Notes: generated by a model not told the origin, from the letters alone. 64,000 nucleotides of DNA from Felis catus (GCF_018350175.1 NC_058369.1:2668001-2732000); one strand, 5' to 3'; positions 12,047 to 24,129 are shown, counted from the first letter of the stretch. Numbers and translations: made by a program.

Positions 12047-13129
12047 TTATTTTTGCCAAGCCGTGACTCTGCAAATACGTCGGGGGGTCTGCAGGGCTAC
12101 AGTCGGGGAACCTCTAATGGGGGGGGGGGCGGGGTTTGAAGAGTTCAGCTCTGAGATCTGCCCCGCCCCAGGCGCTCCGGGGTCATCTCCGTCCCCGGGG
12201 GTAAAGTCACCCTAGCGGGCCCTCCAGCCTGGCCTTCCCCAGACCCTCCTTCTCACCCAGCCCCTGGCGGAGGCAGAGGGGAAGGGGTTTGGGGGCCTGG
12301 CTGGGAGCCCGGGCTACGGGTTCTCATCACAGCCCCCCTCCCATTCTACGTGTGCGGCCTTGAACCACCAGTTTTATGGCGACGAGACGGCTGTAACAGC
12401 AGAGCCTAATCTGCTCTGCACGTGGGACACTGTCCACATTCCCGCCGCTGACCTGACCCTCGGTCACCAGCAGCCCTGACACGGGCAGCGGATTTTACCA
12501 CCCCGACGTCTGCTGCTGCCAGCGCATTTGACGCCAGATGTGCGGGGCTTCCTGCAGTTTAGTTCTGGCGCGGACGACCCGAATTAGCGCGGGCCCTGCG
12601 GGTTCCCGCTTCGGGGCTCCCGCCACCCCCACCCCACACGGAATGATCTGCTAGGGCAGCCCACAGAACCCAGGAGGGCACTTCTCCCGCCCGTTCCTCC
12701 TGAAGGGCACCCAGCAGCTTCCTCCCCAGGAGGTTGGGGCACAGCCTCCTCCTGGCACGCGGACACAGTCACCCGCCCGGGAGCTCTCCCAGCCCCGTGG
12801 GTCAGGGACTTCGTAGAGGCTCCACGGTGCCGGCGTGAGCGCTTGACCGGTGGCCATCGGTGGTTACCGCCCCGCCCCCCGTCGAGGGTGTGGCCCTCCC
12901 GCCAGCCACCAGCCCCGGTGCCGCTGCCCCTCCAGTCTCCACTTAGGTACTGGGGAGGCGTCCCAAACTGGGCTCGGAGGTCCGAATTCCTCAGGCTACC
13001 TGCCAAAGCTGCTCCTCCCATAGGAGGTGGAAATGCGCTTGTCATCCCAGGTGCTCAGCCTGAAAACATTGGGGTTGAAAATCCATCCCAGGTCTGGCCA
13101 CATCCCCCGTCTCCTGTGCCCCCAGCCAC

Positions 13130-13740
13130 CGCGTCGCCCACCTGGACTGCACAGTCCCCTCTGCCCCCTCCCCCGTGCCCCCACCTTGCTTCCCACCGTC
13201 TGTCCTCCCTGAAGCAGCCACCAGAGGGCGCTTGTGAGCACCCGGGTCAGGTCCCGCCGTCCTCTGCCCCCAGCCCTCCAGGACTCCCACCTCCCTGGAG
13301 GAAAAGCCAAAGTCCTCCCTGTGGTCCCCAAAGTCCTGTACAACCTGCCCCTGCCCTTCCCTCTTCCCTCTCTCTCCCCCTCGCCCACTCTGCCCCAGCC
13401 ACCAAGCCTTCTCACTGTTCCTCCATCATGTGAGCCTGGTGCTGCCCCAGGACCTTTGCATTTGCTACTTACTCTACCTGGAACCTTTTTTCCTCCAGGT
13501 ATCTGTTCACTCCCTCGCTGAGATATTTGCTCCCTTGCTCAGATGTCCCCTCCTCAGTGAAGCTTGCCTGAGCCGCCTGCGTTGAAATCATAACCTCACT
13601 CCTAATGTTCCTTTATTCTGTTCCCTGCTTTATTTTTCTCTGCAGCATCTCTGTTTTCCTGTACACGTTCCTTAATTTTGTTCATTGCCTGTTTTCTCCA
13701 CCTGCACAAGCACCGCGAGAGCAGGGATTTTGTTTTCCGC
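13130..13740. mobile_element. L2-like degenerate LINE fragment
   Basis: L2-type text gacctttgcatttgct...ctcagatgtcccctcctcagtgaagc; similar pieces at ~5390-5700, 8000-8290, 48590-48770, 53360-53580. Confidence 0.55.
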
Positions 13741-14434
13741 GGCGTGACAGCGGGGTGGCGCCTGAGCCGCGACACAGAACATGAAAGTAAAGCCCTAGTG
13801 TGCAGTGTTTTCCCTCCCTATACCCACCACGGTCCACTCACGTAGCTCCCGATCGTGACTTTTGTAGTCAGGACACACGGGCCTCAGCACATCGCTGAGC
13901 GGACCCCTCGCCCCGCTAGGTCGCGTGCCTGGCTCCTCCTAGTGGGTGGCAAATCGGTATTTGAGGCGCGCCCGTCATCGGGGGCGCTGGCTGGTTCACT
14001 ACGTTCACAATCAGACCTTCAAAAAGCTGGGGAGCTCGACTTCCAAAGAGTGAAGCGAGCAAAGCCCAGAATAAATCCTGTGGCCTGATTTGCATAAGCG
14101 GAGTCGTGCACGTAAATTACCCGTGGGTAACCTCTTGGAAAAATAGCCGAGCATTTCCCCAGAGCCCTTGAACTCCCCGTGCCACTTGAGGCTTTTTACC
14201 GTGATGCGTACTCCCGGCATTTGTCACGCACGGTGGCAGCGGCCGCTCTGGAGTGAGCAAACAGCCTGCGCGAGACAGCTTTCCCTGGGGACAGAATTCA
14301 CCTGCCTCTCACTCAGGTGCTGTCTGTGGCTTTCTCTTGCTTCCTGGGCCCGAAAGCGTAAGGAAATTAGGAAGGCGCCCTGGCGTGTACCCCTGTCCGG
14401 CCAGTCATTGACCTGTGTAGCTAGATGTTTCTGT

Positions 14435-14900
14435 TTTGTTTTGTTCTTAAATTTTTTTAATGTTTATTTATCTCTGAGACAGACAGAGACAGAGCATGGG
14501 GGGTGGGGCAGAGAGAGGGGGAGACGCAGAATCCAAAACAGGCGCCAGGCTCCGAGCCGTCAGCACAGAGCCCGACGCGGGGCTCGAACTCATGAGCCGT
14601 GAGATCGTGACCTGAGCGGAAGTCGGACGCTCAGCCGATTGAGCCGCCCAGGTGCCCCCAGATGTTCCTGTTTTTAAGGGCAGCCAGACGGCAACTCATT
14701 TGACGTACAGCCTCCCATTTGACGGGCGCCTGTGCGGCCCAGCCGGTTGAGCATCCGACTCTTGGTTTCTGCCCGGTCATGATCTCGAGGTTCTGGGTTC
14801 GAGAACCCCTGTTGGTGCAGAGCCTGCTTGGGATTCTCTGTCTCCCTCTCTCTCTGGCCCCTCCCTCGCCTCAAAACTAAATAAGTAAACTATTTAAAAA
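14435..14900. mobile_element. Two CAN-SINEs (- ~14435-14658; + ~14724-14900)
   Basis: SINE consensus-like bodies; TSD agatgtt(t/c)ctgtttt around the first. Confidence 0.85.
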
Positions 14901-15479
14901 ATCTCCCACTTGAGAAATGTGGACAGTTCATTAAAAACATCCGAGTGCCATGCATAGCAAAGAAGTCACTTTCACAGGCCCGCTGCTGGTTTAAACGTTC
15001 AGGCATCCATTTCGCAAATATGTATGGAGCATCTACCGTGTGGCAGGCGGTCACGGGCACAGAGGGCTTAGAGCGAGAGTCTGGCCTCGTGGAGCTGACG
15101 TCCGGATGCTTTTTTTTAATTTTCTTCCTGCATGTTCAAAAGGTGACTCCGGGTTGACTCTGCAGTGGCCTTGGCTGGCTTACGAGGACATCATCTCGAC
15201 CGTGTTTTGTGACTCAGGCTAACGTTCACGCAGGGCTTCCCCGCGGGCCACGCGATGTGCTGACTCTGGAAGGCTCCGAGGCGGAGTCCCAGGTGTGATT
15301 CACCCCAAGCACGTTCTGGGGGAAGGAGATAGGTCCAGGGCGCAGGAAGTAGATAGCGGAAGCCACACCCAAAAGCAAGACCTGGAAACGTCAGAGAGCT
15401 TGAAATCTCGAGCCTCCAGACACGCGACAAACTGATAGCAGGAGAGACATCTGTGCGGAACCCACGCGTCCCGCACCTT

Positions 15480-15850
15480 CCCTTCTGTGGCTCCTTTACA
15501 CCCGAGCAGGGCTGTGGGGGCCACAAGTCCAAACTCGGGGTGTCCGCAGGGCCCTGCTCCCTCTGAAGCCCCCGGGGGAGGAGACCCTGCCTCCTCCGGC
15601 CTCCCTTGTTGCCGGTTCCCGTTGACCTTCCCCGGCTTGTGGGCACGTCTGCAGTCCCTGCTCGTCCTCACGTGGCCTTCCCCTCTTCCCCTACGTCTGT
15701 ATCCAAATTCCCCTCTTTCCAGAAGCTCACGACCCACCAGATGGGGGCCCGCCCCGCCCCGCCGGTATAACCTCATCCTAACTTGGTGATGTCATCTGCA
15801 GAGACCCTGTTTCCGAATAAGGTTCCATCCGCTGGGCTTTAGGATGTCAA
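15480..15850. mobile_element. MaLR MLT1-like solo LTR fragment
   Basis: acctcatcctaact...tctgcagagaccctgtttccgaataaggt motif; related pieces at ~16760-17420, 35440-35790, 45510-45890, 51990-52170, 62230-62650. Confidence 0.6.
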
Positions 15851-16005
15851 GTCCCTGCCCCAACCCGGGCTGAGTGAGAGAATTCCCCTGGGCCCCGGGG
15901 CAGAGAGCAGGAAGGACTTCCGGGATGTTTGCCAGGCTCTGTCACCCCTCTGGACCTGGAGTTTGCCAAAGATAGGAGCCTTTACTTTAAAAAAAAAAAA
16001 AAATG

Positions 16006-18550
16006 GGGTCCCTGGGTAGCTCAGATGGTCGAGCATCTTTTTTTTTTTTAATGTTTATTTATTTTTGAGAGAGAGATACACCGAATGCGAGTGGTGGCGG
16101 GGGGGGGGGGGCGGGCAGAGAGAGAGGGAGACCCAGAATCCGAAGCAGGTTCCAGGCTCCCAGCTGTCAGCACAGAGCCCGACGCGGGGCTGGAACCCAT
16201 GGACCGCGAGACCGTGACCTGAGCCAAAGCCGGCCGCCCAACCGACCGAGCCACCCAGGCGCCCCTAAAACAAAAAATGTTTTTTTTAATTAAAAAAAGC
16301 AATTAAGTAGGAATTAAGTGATGCTCTCCGCAAGAGGAACCGGAGAAAGGAAATGGTTTGTTCGGTGGTGTGGCAGGTGAGCACAAAATTGAAGGGGGTG
16401 ACAGAAAACTCCATAAATAGTAATATGTTGATGCATTTTTTTTTTCTTTTTAAAAATCGACACGTAGGGGCGCCTGGGTGTCTCAGTCGGTTAAGCATCC
16501 AGCTTCGGCTCAGGTCGTGCTCTCAAAGTTCATAGCGTGGGTTCGAGCCCTGCATCAGGCTCTGTGCTGAGCCTGCTTGGGATCCCCCCCCCCCCCGTCC
16601 CTCCCCCACTTGCATGCGCGTGCTTGCGCTCTGTCTTTCTCTCTCCCAAAAATAAGCATTTAAAGAAATCAGCGTGCATATTGAGGTCACCATACGGTCA
16701 TACAGTCAGTTGTACCACCGTGTCAGCTTGCGTGTCCCCGCCACGGTCGTGGCACAGCACAGTGTGGACGAGCTGAACAATGACGCCCCCAAAGATACCC
16801 GCTCCCTAATGCCCAGAACCCGTGAAGATGGTATTTTATATGCTATAAAAGGGACCTTGCGGGAGGGAGAAAGCCAAGGCCCCTGAGGCGGGGGTGACCC
16901 TGGGTGCCTGGGGGGCCCAGCGTCCTCACGAGAGGGAGGCAGACAGATGGGCAGACCCCCCCCCCCCGCGGCCTTGAGGCTGGAGGAGGGGCCGAGGGCC
17001 AAGGACGAGGCGGCTTCTGGAAACTGGAAAAGGGGGCAGATGGGACCCCCTGGGCTCCCCCCCCAGCTGGCATCAGGGGATGGGAGGGGGGGTTGCAGAA
17101 CCAGCCCCACCCACGCTGGGTGTCAGCCTGGAGGAACTTGCGTCAGATTTCTGGCCTCCAGGGACGCCTGGGGGACTCAGCCAGTTGAGTGACTGTCTTT
17201 GGCTCAGGTCGTGATCTTGTGGTTCATGGGTTCGAGCCCCACATCCGGCTCGCTGTTGATGGGGCAGAGCCTGCTTTGGGTCCTCTGCCCCCCCCCACCC
17301 ACCCCCCTCTGCTCGCGCTCTCAAAAACAAACAAGATTTCTGGCCTCCAGAACGGTGGCATAACGCAGCCACGTTGTCCTCGGCTCCTGGGTTTGGGTGA
17401 CTTGTGGCCACAGAAACCGCCGTCAGCGACCTCCCTCACTGTCCCACAACCCCCACGTTCCTGCCTCAACGAGGTATTTTTAAAAATCAAAATTTTAAAA
17501 ACTTAATGCAAAAAAATCCAAACTTCTGGGGCGCCTGGGTGGCTCCGTTGGTTAAGTGTCCAACTCTTGACCTCAGTTCCGGTCTGGATCTCACGGCGGT
17601 GAGTTCAGGCTCCGTGTCGGGCTCTGTGCTGGGCGTGAAGTCTACTATTAAAAAAATCCAAACTTTTTTTTTTAATGTTTATTTTTGAGAGAGAGAGAGA
17701 GAGAGAGAGAGACCGGGGGAGGGGCAGAGAGAGAGGGAGACACAGAATCCGAAGCAGGCTCCAGGCTCCGAGCTGCGGGCACAGAGCCCGACGCGGGGCT
17801 CGAACCCACGAACCATGAGATGGGGACCTGAGCTGAAGTCGGATGCCCAACCGACTGAGCCACTCGGGTGCCCCCCAAAAATCCAGACTTTTAAATGAAG
17901 ACGGGCTTCGACTTTGCCCAGGCCACATCTCTGGCCTCAGCCTAATCCCAGCCCAGTCGGACGCTGTCTTTTATTTAAAATGAAACCAGCGAGTCAGATG
18001 GCCGAGGTGGAATTCTGATTCAGAAAGAACTTGCTGACTTTCGTTTTCTCCCCGAGGGTGCGTCAGATTCTGTTGGAAACGAAAGAGGCACCAGATCGGC
18101 ACGCTTTTTCATCACCAGAATTCAAAACAAAACAAAACGAAGCATGTAGTGCATCTGGATTGTTCCACTGAGCTCTGCAGGGCACGTTTTAGCTGGAATG
18201 TTGATAGTGTTGGTTTGGGGTGAGGAACAGAAAATCGTAGACACGGTTATTGAATCTGGTAGTGGGCCCCAGGAATGATTATCAGCCCCAGTCCAGAGGG
18301 GCAGATACTCAAGAAGGTTCTTTGTCTGGGGCGCCTGGGTGGCTCAGTCGCTTGAGCATCCAACTTCGGTTCAGGTCACGATCTCACGGTCTGTGGGTTC
18401 GAGCCCCGCATCGGGCTCTGTGCTGACAGCTCAGAGCCTGGAGCCTGTTTCATTCGGATTCTGTGTCTCCCTCTCTCTCTGCCCCTCCCTTGCTCACACT
18501 CTGTCTCCCTCTCTCTCAGAAATAAACATTTAAAAAATTATTTTTAAAAA
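16006..18550. mobile_element. CAN-SINE cluster (- 16038-16265; + 16467-16665; + 17161-17335; + 17528-17652; - 17662-17876; + 18328-18550)
   Basis: SINE heads and tails with TSDs, e.g. agatttctggcctccag and aaaaatcca(a/g)actt. Confidence 0.88.
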
Positions 18551-18611
18551 ACGAAGATTCTTTGTTTGACATTTATTGATCTACTCTGTGCCAGGCACTG
18601 CTCTGGACCTT

Positions 18612-20017
18612 CTTTGTCCAGTAAAATTTGCTACGATAGACGTATTCTATGTCTGCATCATTCAATATGACAGCTACTAGCCAGAGGGGCTGGGGGTATG
18701 AACATTTGATATGTAGCCAATGCAACTACAGAACTGATTTTTTTTTTTAATTTTTTTTTAACGTTTATTTATTTTTGAATTTTTTTTTCAACGTTTATTT
18801 ATTTTTGGGACAGAGAGAGACACAGCATGAACGGGGGAGGGGCAGAGAGAGAGGGAGACACAGAATCGGAAGCAGGCTCCAGGCTCTGAGCCATCAGCCC
18901 AGAGCCCGACGCGGGGCTCGAACTCACGGACCGCGAGATCGTGACCTGAGCTGAAGTCGGACGCTTAACCGACTGCGCCACCCAGGCGCCCCAGAACTGA
19001 TTTTTTTTAATGTTTATTTTGAGAGAGAGAGAGAGAGAGAGAGCGCAGGAGAGGGGCAGAGAGGAGGAGAGAGAGAATTCCAGGCAGGCTCTGCACTGTC
19101 AGCACAGAGCCCAACATGGGGCTCGAACTCATGAACTGTGAGATCATGACCTGAGCCGAGACCAAGAGTCAGATGTTTAACCGATTCAGCCACCCAGGTG
19201 CCCCCAGAACTGAATTTTTCATTTAAAAATGTAAGTAATTCAAATGGAAATGGGAAAGGCTGACATTTGATTCAGTTATTGGAAAAGTTTTAAGCATGCT
19301 GGGAATCCCTGGGGCCTGTGGATCTGTTTTCCCCCTGTCAACTTTAAATTAAATACAGAGATCCAGAATTTCCAGTGAAAATTAGCACCCGAACTGAGAT
19401 GGGCCGTAAGTGTTCACACGCTGGATTTTAAGACTTAATATGAGAAAAGCAATATGAGATACCTCATTGATAATTGTTGATTTTGATTAAATGTTGAAAT
19501 GTAAATATTTTTGACATATTAAGTTAATAAAATATATTAAAATTAACTACACTGGTTTCTTTTGTTTGTTTAACTTTTATTTATTTACGTAGGCTTTATG
19601 CCCAGTGCAGAGCCTAATGCGGGGCTTGAACTTACGACCCTCAGATCGAGACCTGAGCTGAGATCAAGAGTTGGACCAAAAGTCTGGATTTTTGGGGGGC
19701 ACCCGAGTGGCTCAGTCGGTTGGGCGTCCGACTTCAGCTCAGGTCCCCATCTCACGGTTCATGGGTTCGAGCCCCGCGTCGGGCTCTGTGCCGACAGCTC
19801 GGAGCCTGGAGCCTGCTTCGGATTCTGTGTCTCCCTCTCTCTCTGCCCCTCCCCCGGTCTCTCTCTCTCTCTCTCAAAAATAAACATTAAAACATTAAAA
19901 CATGGCTTAACTGACTGAGCCACCCAAGCGCCCCTCTTTGTCTTTCTTTAATGCGGCTACTAGATAATTTAAAATTACTTACGTGGCTCATGTTATATTT
20001 CTATCAGATGACGCTGC
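18612..20017. mobile_element. hAT-Charlie (MER3/MER33/Charlie5-like) DNA transposon remnant interrupted by four CAN-SINEs
   Basis: AT-rich MER3/33-like ends (gtccagtaaaatttgctacgat...aactacagaactga; gcggctactagataatttaaaattacttacgtggctc). SINEs at ~18736-18991, 19000-19205, 19560-19933, and nested 19678-19900. Confidence 0.6.
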
Positions 20018-20289
20018 TCTGGAACCTATGGTGTTTGCAGAGCTCACTGAAACCCATTATTGTGTGACATGTATAACTTCGTACCGAATGAATGAATAGA
20101 AATCCTCTATTGTGGTATTTTTCCCCCCAAATCTTTGTCCACATGTCCCTGATCGCTGTGTTGGAGACTATAACCCTTCATTCTCTCTTTCCTTGTTTTA
20201 TAATTCTCCATACTTCAGCTCCAGGCAGAGAAGTTTTGTTTTGTTTTTTTTTTTAATTTATAGATGAATTTGGTGAATACTGAGTCATT

Positions 20290-20488
20290 TTCTTAAGTTT
20301 ATTTATTTATTTTGAGAGAGAGCAAGCAAGCAGGGGAGGGGCAGAGAGAGAGGGAGAGAGAAGATCCCCAGCAGGTTCTGCACTATCAAGGCAGAGCCCA
20401 AAGTGGGGCTCGATCTCACGAACCGTGAGATCATGACCTGAGCCAAAAGCGAGTCAGACGCTTAGCCAACCTAGCCACCCAGGTGCCC
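20290..20488 (-). mobile_element. CAN-SINE
   Basis: Reverse-oriented SINE body. Confidence 0.85.
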
Positions 20489-20499
20489 TGACAGGATTT

Positions 20500-21380
20500 T
20501 TTTTATAACAGCTTTATGGAGATACAACTCACGTACTATAAAATTTGCTCACCCAAAGCGTACGATTCATTGGATTTCAGTATATTCAGAGTTGTGCAAC
20601 CATCGATCACATCAATTTTAGAACATCCCATCACCCCAGCAAGAAAATTCCTGGCAGTCACTCCCTATGCCTTCCTTCCCCCCCAGCTCCTTGGCAACCG
20701 CCAATTTACTTTCTGTCTCTATGGACTTGTCTGGACATTGTGGGCATTTCATATAAACAGAATACCACGATACAAGGACCTTTTATGTGTAGCTGCTGTC
20801 ACCGAGCACCGCGCTACCACCTGGGAGCGTGTATCAGTGCTTCGCTCCTTTTTACCCACAAACAACATGTCACGATGTAGATACACCACATTTGTCTACC
20901 CAATCATCCGTTATAGACAGTTGGGTTGCTCGTATTTTCTGGTTATTACGTATAATACCACGAACATCCCTGTACACGTTTTTATGGGCACACGTCTTCA
21001 ATTCTCCTGGGTAGATACCTATGAGTGGAATCGCTGGGTCATATGGTAATTCCACGTGTAACTTTTTGAGGAGCTGCCAGGCTGTTTTCCCCAGGGGCTG
21101 CCCCATTTTACGGCCCACCGGCCAGCCGTTCAGGAGGGTTCCCCTGCTCCACGTCTGCACGAACACTTGTCATGTGTTACCTTTGTTTTCTTTTTCATAG
21201 CCATCCTAGTAGGAGTGAAGCGGTCCCTCCCCTCCCCTCCCCTCCCCTCCCCTCCCACCCTGAAGTGGTTTTGATTTGCATTTCCCTGATGACTCCTGAT
21301 GGTAAGCATCTTTTCATGAGCCTCTGGGCCATTCACCACTTTTCTTTGTTGAAGGTCTGCCTGCACCCTTTGCCCATGTC
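20500..21380 (-). mobile_element. L1 3' fragment with ORF2 C-terminal remnant
   Basis: Minus-strand translation W..LKKL.VELPYDPAIPLIGIYP is characteristic of the L1 ORF2 C-terminus; followed by L1 3'UTR. Confidence 0.85.
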
Positions 21381-21519
21381 GGGGGCAGAGATTTTTCCGA
21401 CTGGAGAGCACTCTGTAGGAGCGCAATAAATGTTGGATACCGAACGAACGGAACGTCTTCCCGCAGGCAGTGGGTGTGCATGTCCCCGACGTGCACCTGT
21501 TGCCGAGTCCCCTCTGCGC

Positions 21520-22460
21520 TTATCACGCAGGGCGACTGCTTCCTGGGCTGGGGGGCCGCCCTTGAGTGCCCGCGCCTGCGACTGTCTCCTGCTAAGAACC
21601 GCGTCCTAAACTAGGCAGAGCCATTCCCGCAGTTCCCTCGCAACTGGCTCAGCGGGGCCGCGGGGTCGCGGGCGCCCCCGGCGGCTCCGGTCGCCCGTGG
21701 CAACGCGTGGCGCCCCGCTTCCTGTATTGATTCGAATCACGGGCTACGTCACGTCCTCCCGAGATGCCCGAGGCGCGCAGGCGCAGCTGCGCGGGGTAGG
21801 AGGGGCGTGGCGCGGCCCGGGCGCGAGGCCCGGGCGCGCGGGGGCGTGGCGGGGCGTGGCGGCGGTACGCAGCGCGCCGGCGCGGGGGCGTGGCCGGCCA
21901 CGGGAGCGCGCGCGGCGGAGGAGGGCTCCGGGAGGCCGCGGAACAGCGACCGCCGCCATATTAAGGAGCGCGGAGCCCGGGGTCCCGACAGCGGCGGCCG
22001 CGGCCGGACCAGTGGAGCTGCGGGCGGCAGAGGCCGGCGCGGCGCTGCGCCGGGAGAGACGGGGTCGGCGGAGCCAACGGGGGACCGGAGCGAGCCAGGT
22101 GAGGCGGCCGGGGTCTGAGGACCCGCCCCCCGGGCCCGAGCCGCGACCCCCCGAGCCGGGCGGGGCCCGACGGCGGCGCGGGCCTACCCGGGGGTCCCCC
22201 GACACCGCGCCGGCGGCCGGGGCTGCGGCCCCCGCGCTCGGGGCCCCCTCCAGGAGCCGGCCAGACCTCCTGAACGCCGCCCCCCAGTGCCCAGCTAGGC
22301 CCGCGGTGACCTCAGCATCTCGCTCCCGTCTTCACCCCCAGATCCGGCCCTGCGTGACCGCCCCAGCCCGAGCCACCTGCGACCCGAGACCTGACCCCCC
22401 CCGCAGCCGGCGTCCGGGGTCCGCTTATAAACGGGGGTCGAGCTCTGTCTCCTTAAGCCG
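21520..22460 (+). promoter_or_regulatory. FZR1: FZR1 CpG-island promoter and non-coding exon 1 (ends 22098)
   Basis: Very CpG-rich. RFX X-box-like GTCGCCCGTGGCAAC 21690-21704, NRF1-like GCGCAGGCGCA 21775-21785, several GGGGCGTGGC SP/KLF sites, YY1-like CCGCCATATT 21953-21962, donor CAG|gtgagg at 22098/22099. Confidence 0.85.
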
Positions 22461-24129
22461 GGCGTTCACCCCCGAAAATAGCCATTGATCACCTCTGGCC
22501 TGTCAAACCCGCTTCCTCCAAACCGGGACCGTCCCAGCTCAGGCCCTGCCCAGATTTCGGCTGCCCCCATAGCTGTCACGACTCAGCCCGGCTCGAACCG
22601 GGCCCCCTCCCCCCATCCCAGTAAAATACAATCTGAGCCGTGTGGACCCTGAAGCGAGTCGACGGAGGTGCGGGGACCCTGTGGTCCGGGCTCCCCGTCG
22701 TGCTCGCCGCTCCCCTGCCTCTCGCAGGCCCGGCTGCTTCAATGCATAAGTGTCCCCTTGCCCCCAGCCCTCCCAGCCCCCATCCAGCCGGAGTCAAGCT
22801 CTCCACCTGGGCCCTGACCCCACCAAAATCTGAGCCCGGCTGCGCCCCGACCCCGGAACATCCTGCCTCTTCCTGTGAGCCCAAGCCCCGCCACCCCGGA
22901 GCCCCCAAGTGTGGAATGTTTCTCCCCATCAGAGCGTTTCCCCCTGCTGAAAACTGCCCACCCGTGCCCGTTGGTCCTGCGCTGGCTGGGCCCACCCCCA
23001 GCCCAAAGCCTGAGACCCTCCGCTCTGCGGCCTGGACCCGTTTAGTTTTTCACCCGTTCTTTCCCCCACGAAATCATCCCCTCTTTCAGGCGCCTGTCAG
23101 GCTGGGAACTGGTCCCCCTCCCACCCTTCCCTCCGGTCGGCAGAGTGATGACCTCAGGCCTCTTGCTGGTGAGGCTGCACCAGTCCCCCCCCCCCCCCCC
23201 AGCTTCTTACCACGCTTTGCAGGAGGATGATTTGCCCGAAGAAAAACAACCCATCACAACATACCCAGCTGTGCCTCTTACCCCAAATTGGGGACACGTG
23301 AGAGGGTGTTTGAACTGTAGGGGGTTGGGTGGTCTCTCCTGGAGGAGGTGGGGGATTTGCACACTAGAAGCTGATGAGAGCCTCTGGGGCCCGTCCCCCG
23401 AGTGGCGCGCTGCCCCCCAGCCCGCATCCCAGCCTGTTCATCGTGCAGAGTTTCTCGTGGGCCGTCTTGGCCCCTGGTGCCGAGGGCGCCTTCCGTGTGA
23501 GCCGAACCGGCCCGCGTGCCTTGCGAACCTCAGAGTGTAAGCAGGTGTGCCGGCCGCCGCATGGCACTTGGCCGAGCCAACGAGGACATGGGCTCCCCCC
23601 CCCCCCCCCCGAAAACAAGGGCTCTGGTGTTGGGACAGCTCATGGTTCAAGGGACAGCTGCCTCGCTGGGTGGAGGGCAGTGTCCAGGGAGTTAGCTGTG
23701 CTGCCCCTTTGCCCCCTGGGACTCTTCCCCCCGGGAAATCTCCGACTCCCGTGCCCTAGCCGGTGGTGGCGGCTGTTTCGGGCCAGGGGAGAAGCGCCTG
23801 GAAGCAGATGGAAAAGTGATGAGTCTTCAGAAGCTGGTCGGCCTGGGTTTTCACACCGGGTCCTCTGTTTCAGCAGGAAACGTCCGCCACTGTTACTTGT
23901 TGGGGCCTCTGGTCTGGCGGGGTCTGGATACCAGGGACTTCTGGGTTTGGGGATCCACAGGAGCGTTGGTTGTGGGGACCTTTTTCAGGGTAGCACTGAA
24001 TGGGGTGAGGATCCAAAATCATCCTGTTTGAGGGGCGAGCCTGGAGACTTGAGCCGGGTGTGAGCATCAGGGGACTTGGTGTTTTAGGAACCAGCAGGAT
24101 CGCGGTACCCTTGTAATTGTCTTCCGGAG

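Noticed and set aside
20516..21166. 177-aa and 98-aa ORFs with ordinary amino-acid composition
   Set aside because: Both lie inside a decayed L1 fragment (antisense frame and ORF2 remnant).
21956..21966. CCATATTAAGG as an SRF CArG box
   Set aside because: It has seven A/T bases between CC and GG rather than six; better explained as a YY1-like site.
23143..23840. GTGATGA motifs as C/D snoRNA box C in FZR1 intron 1
   Set aside because: No convincing terminal stem or properly placed CTGA box D seen; an Infernal or snoScan run would be needed.
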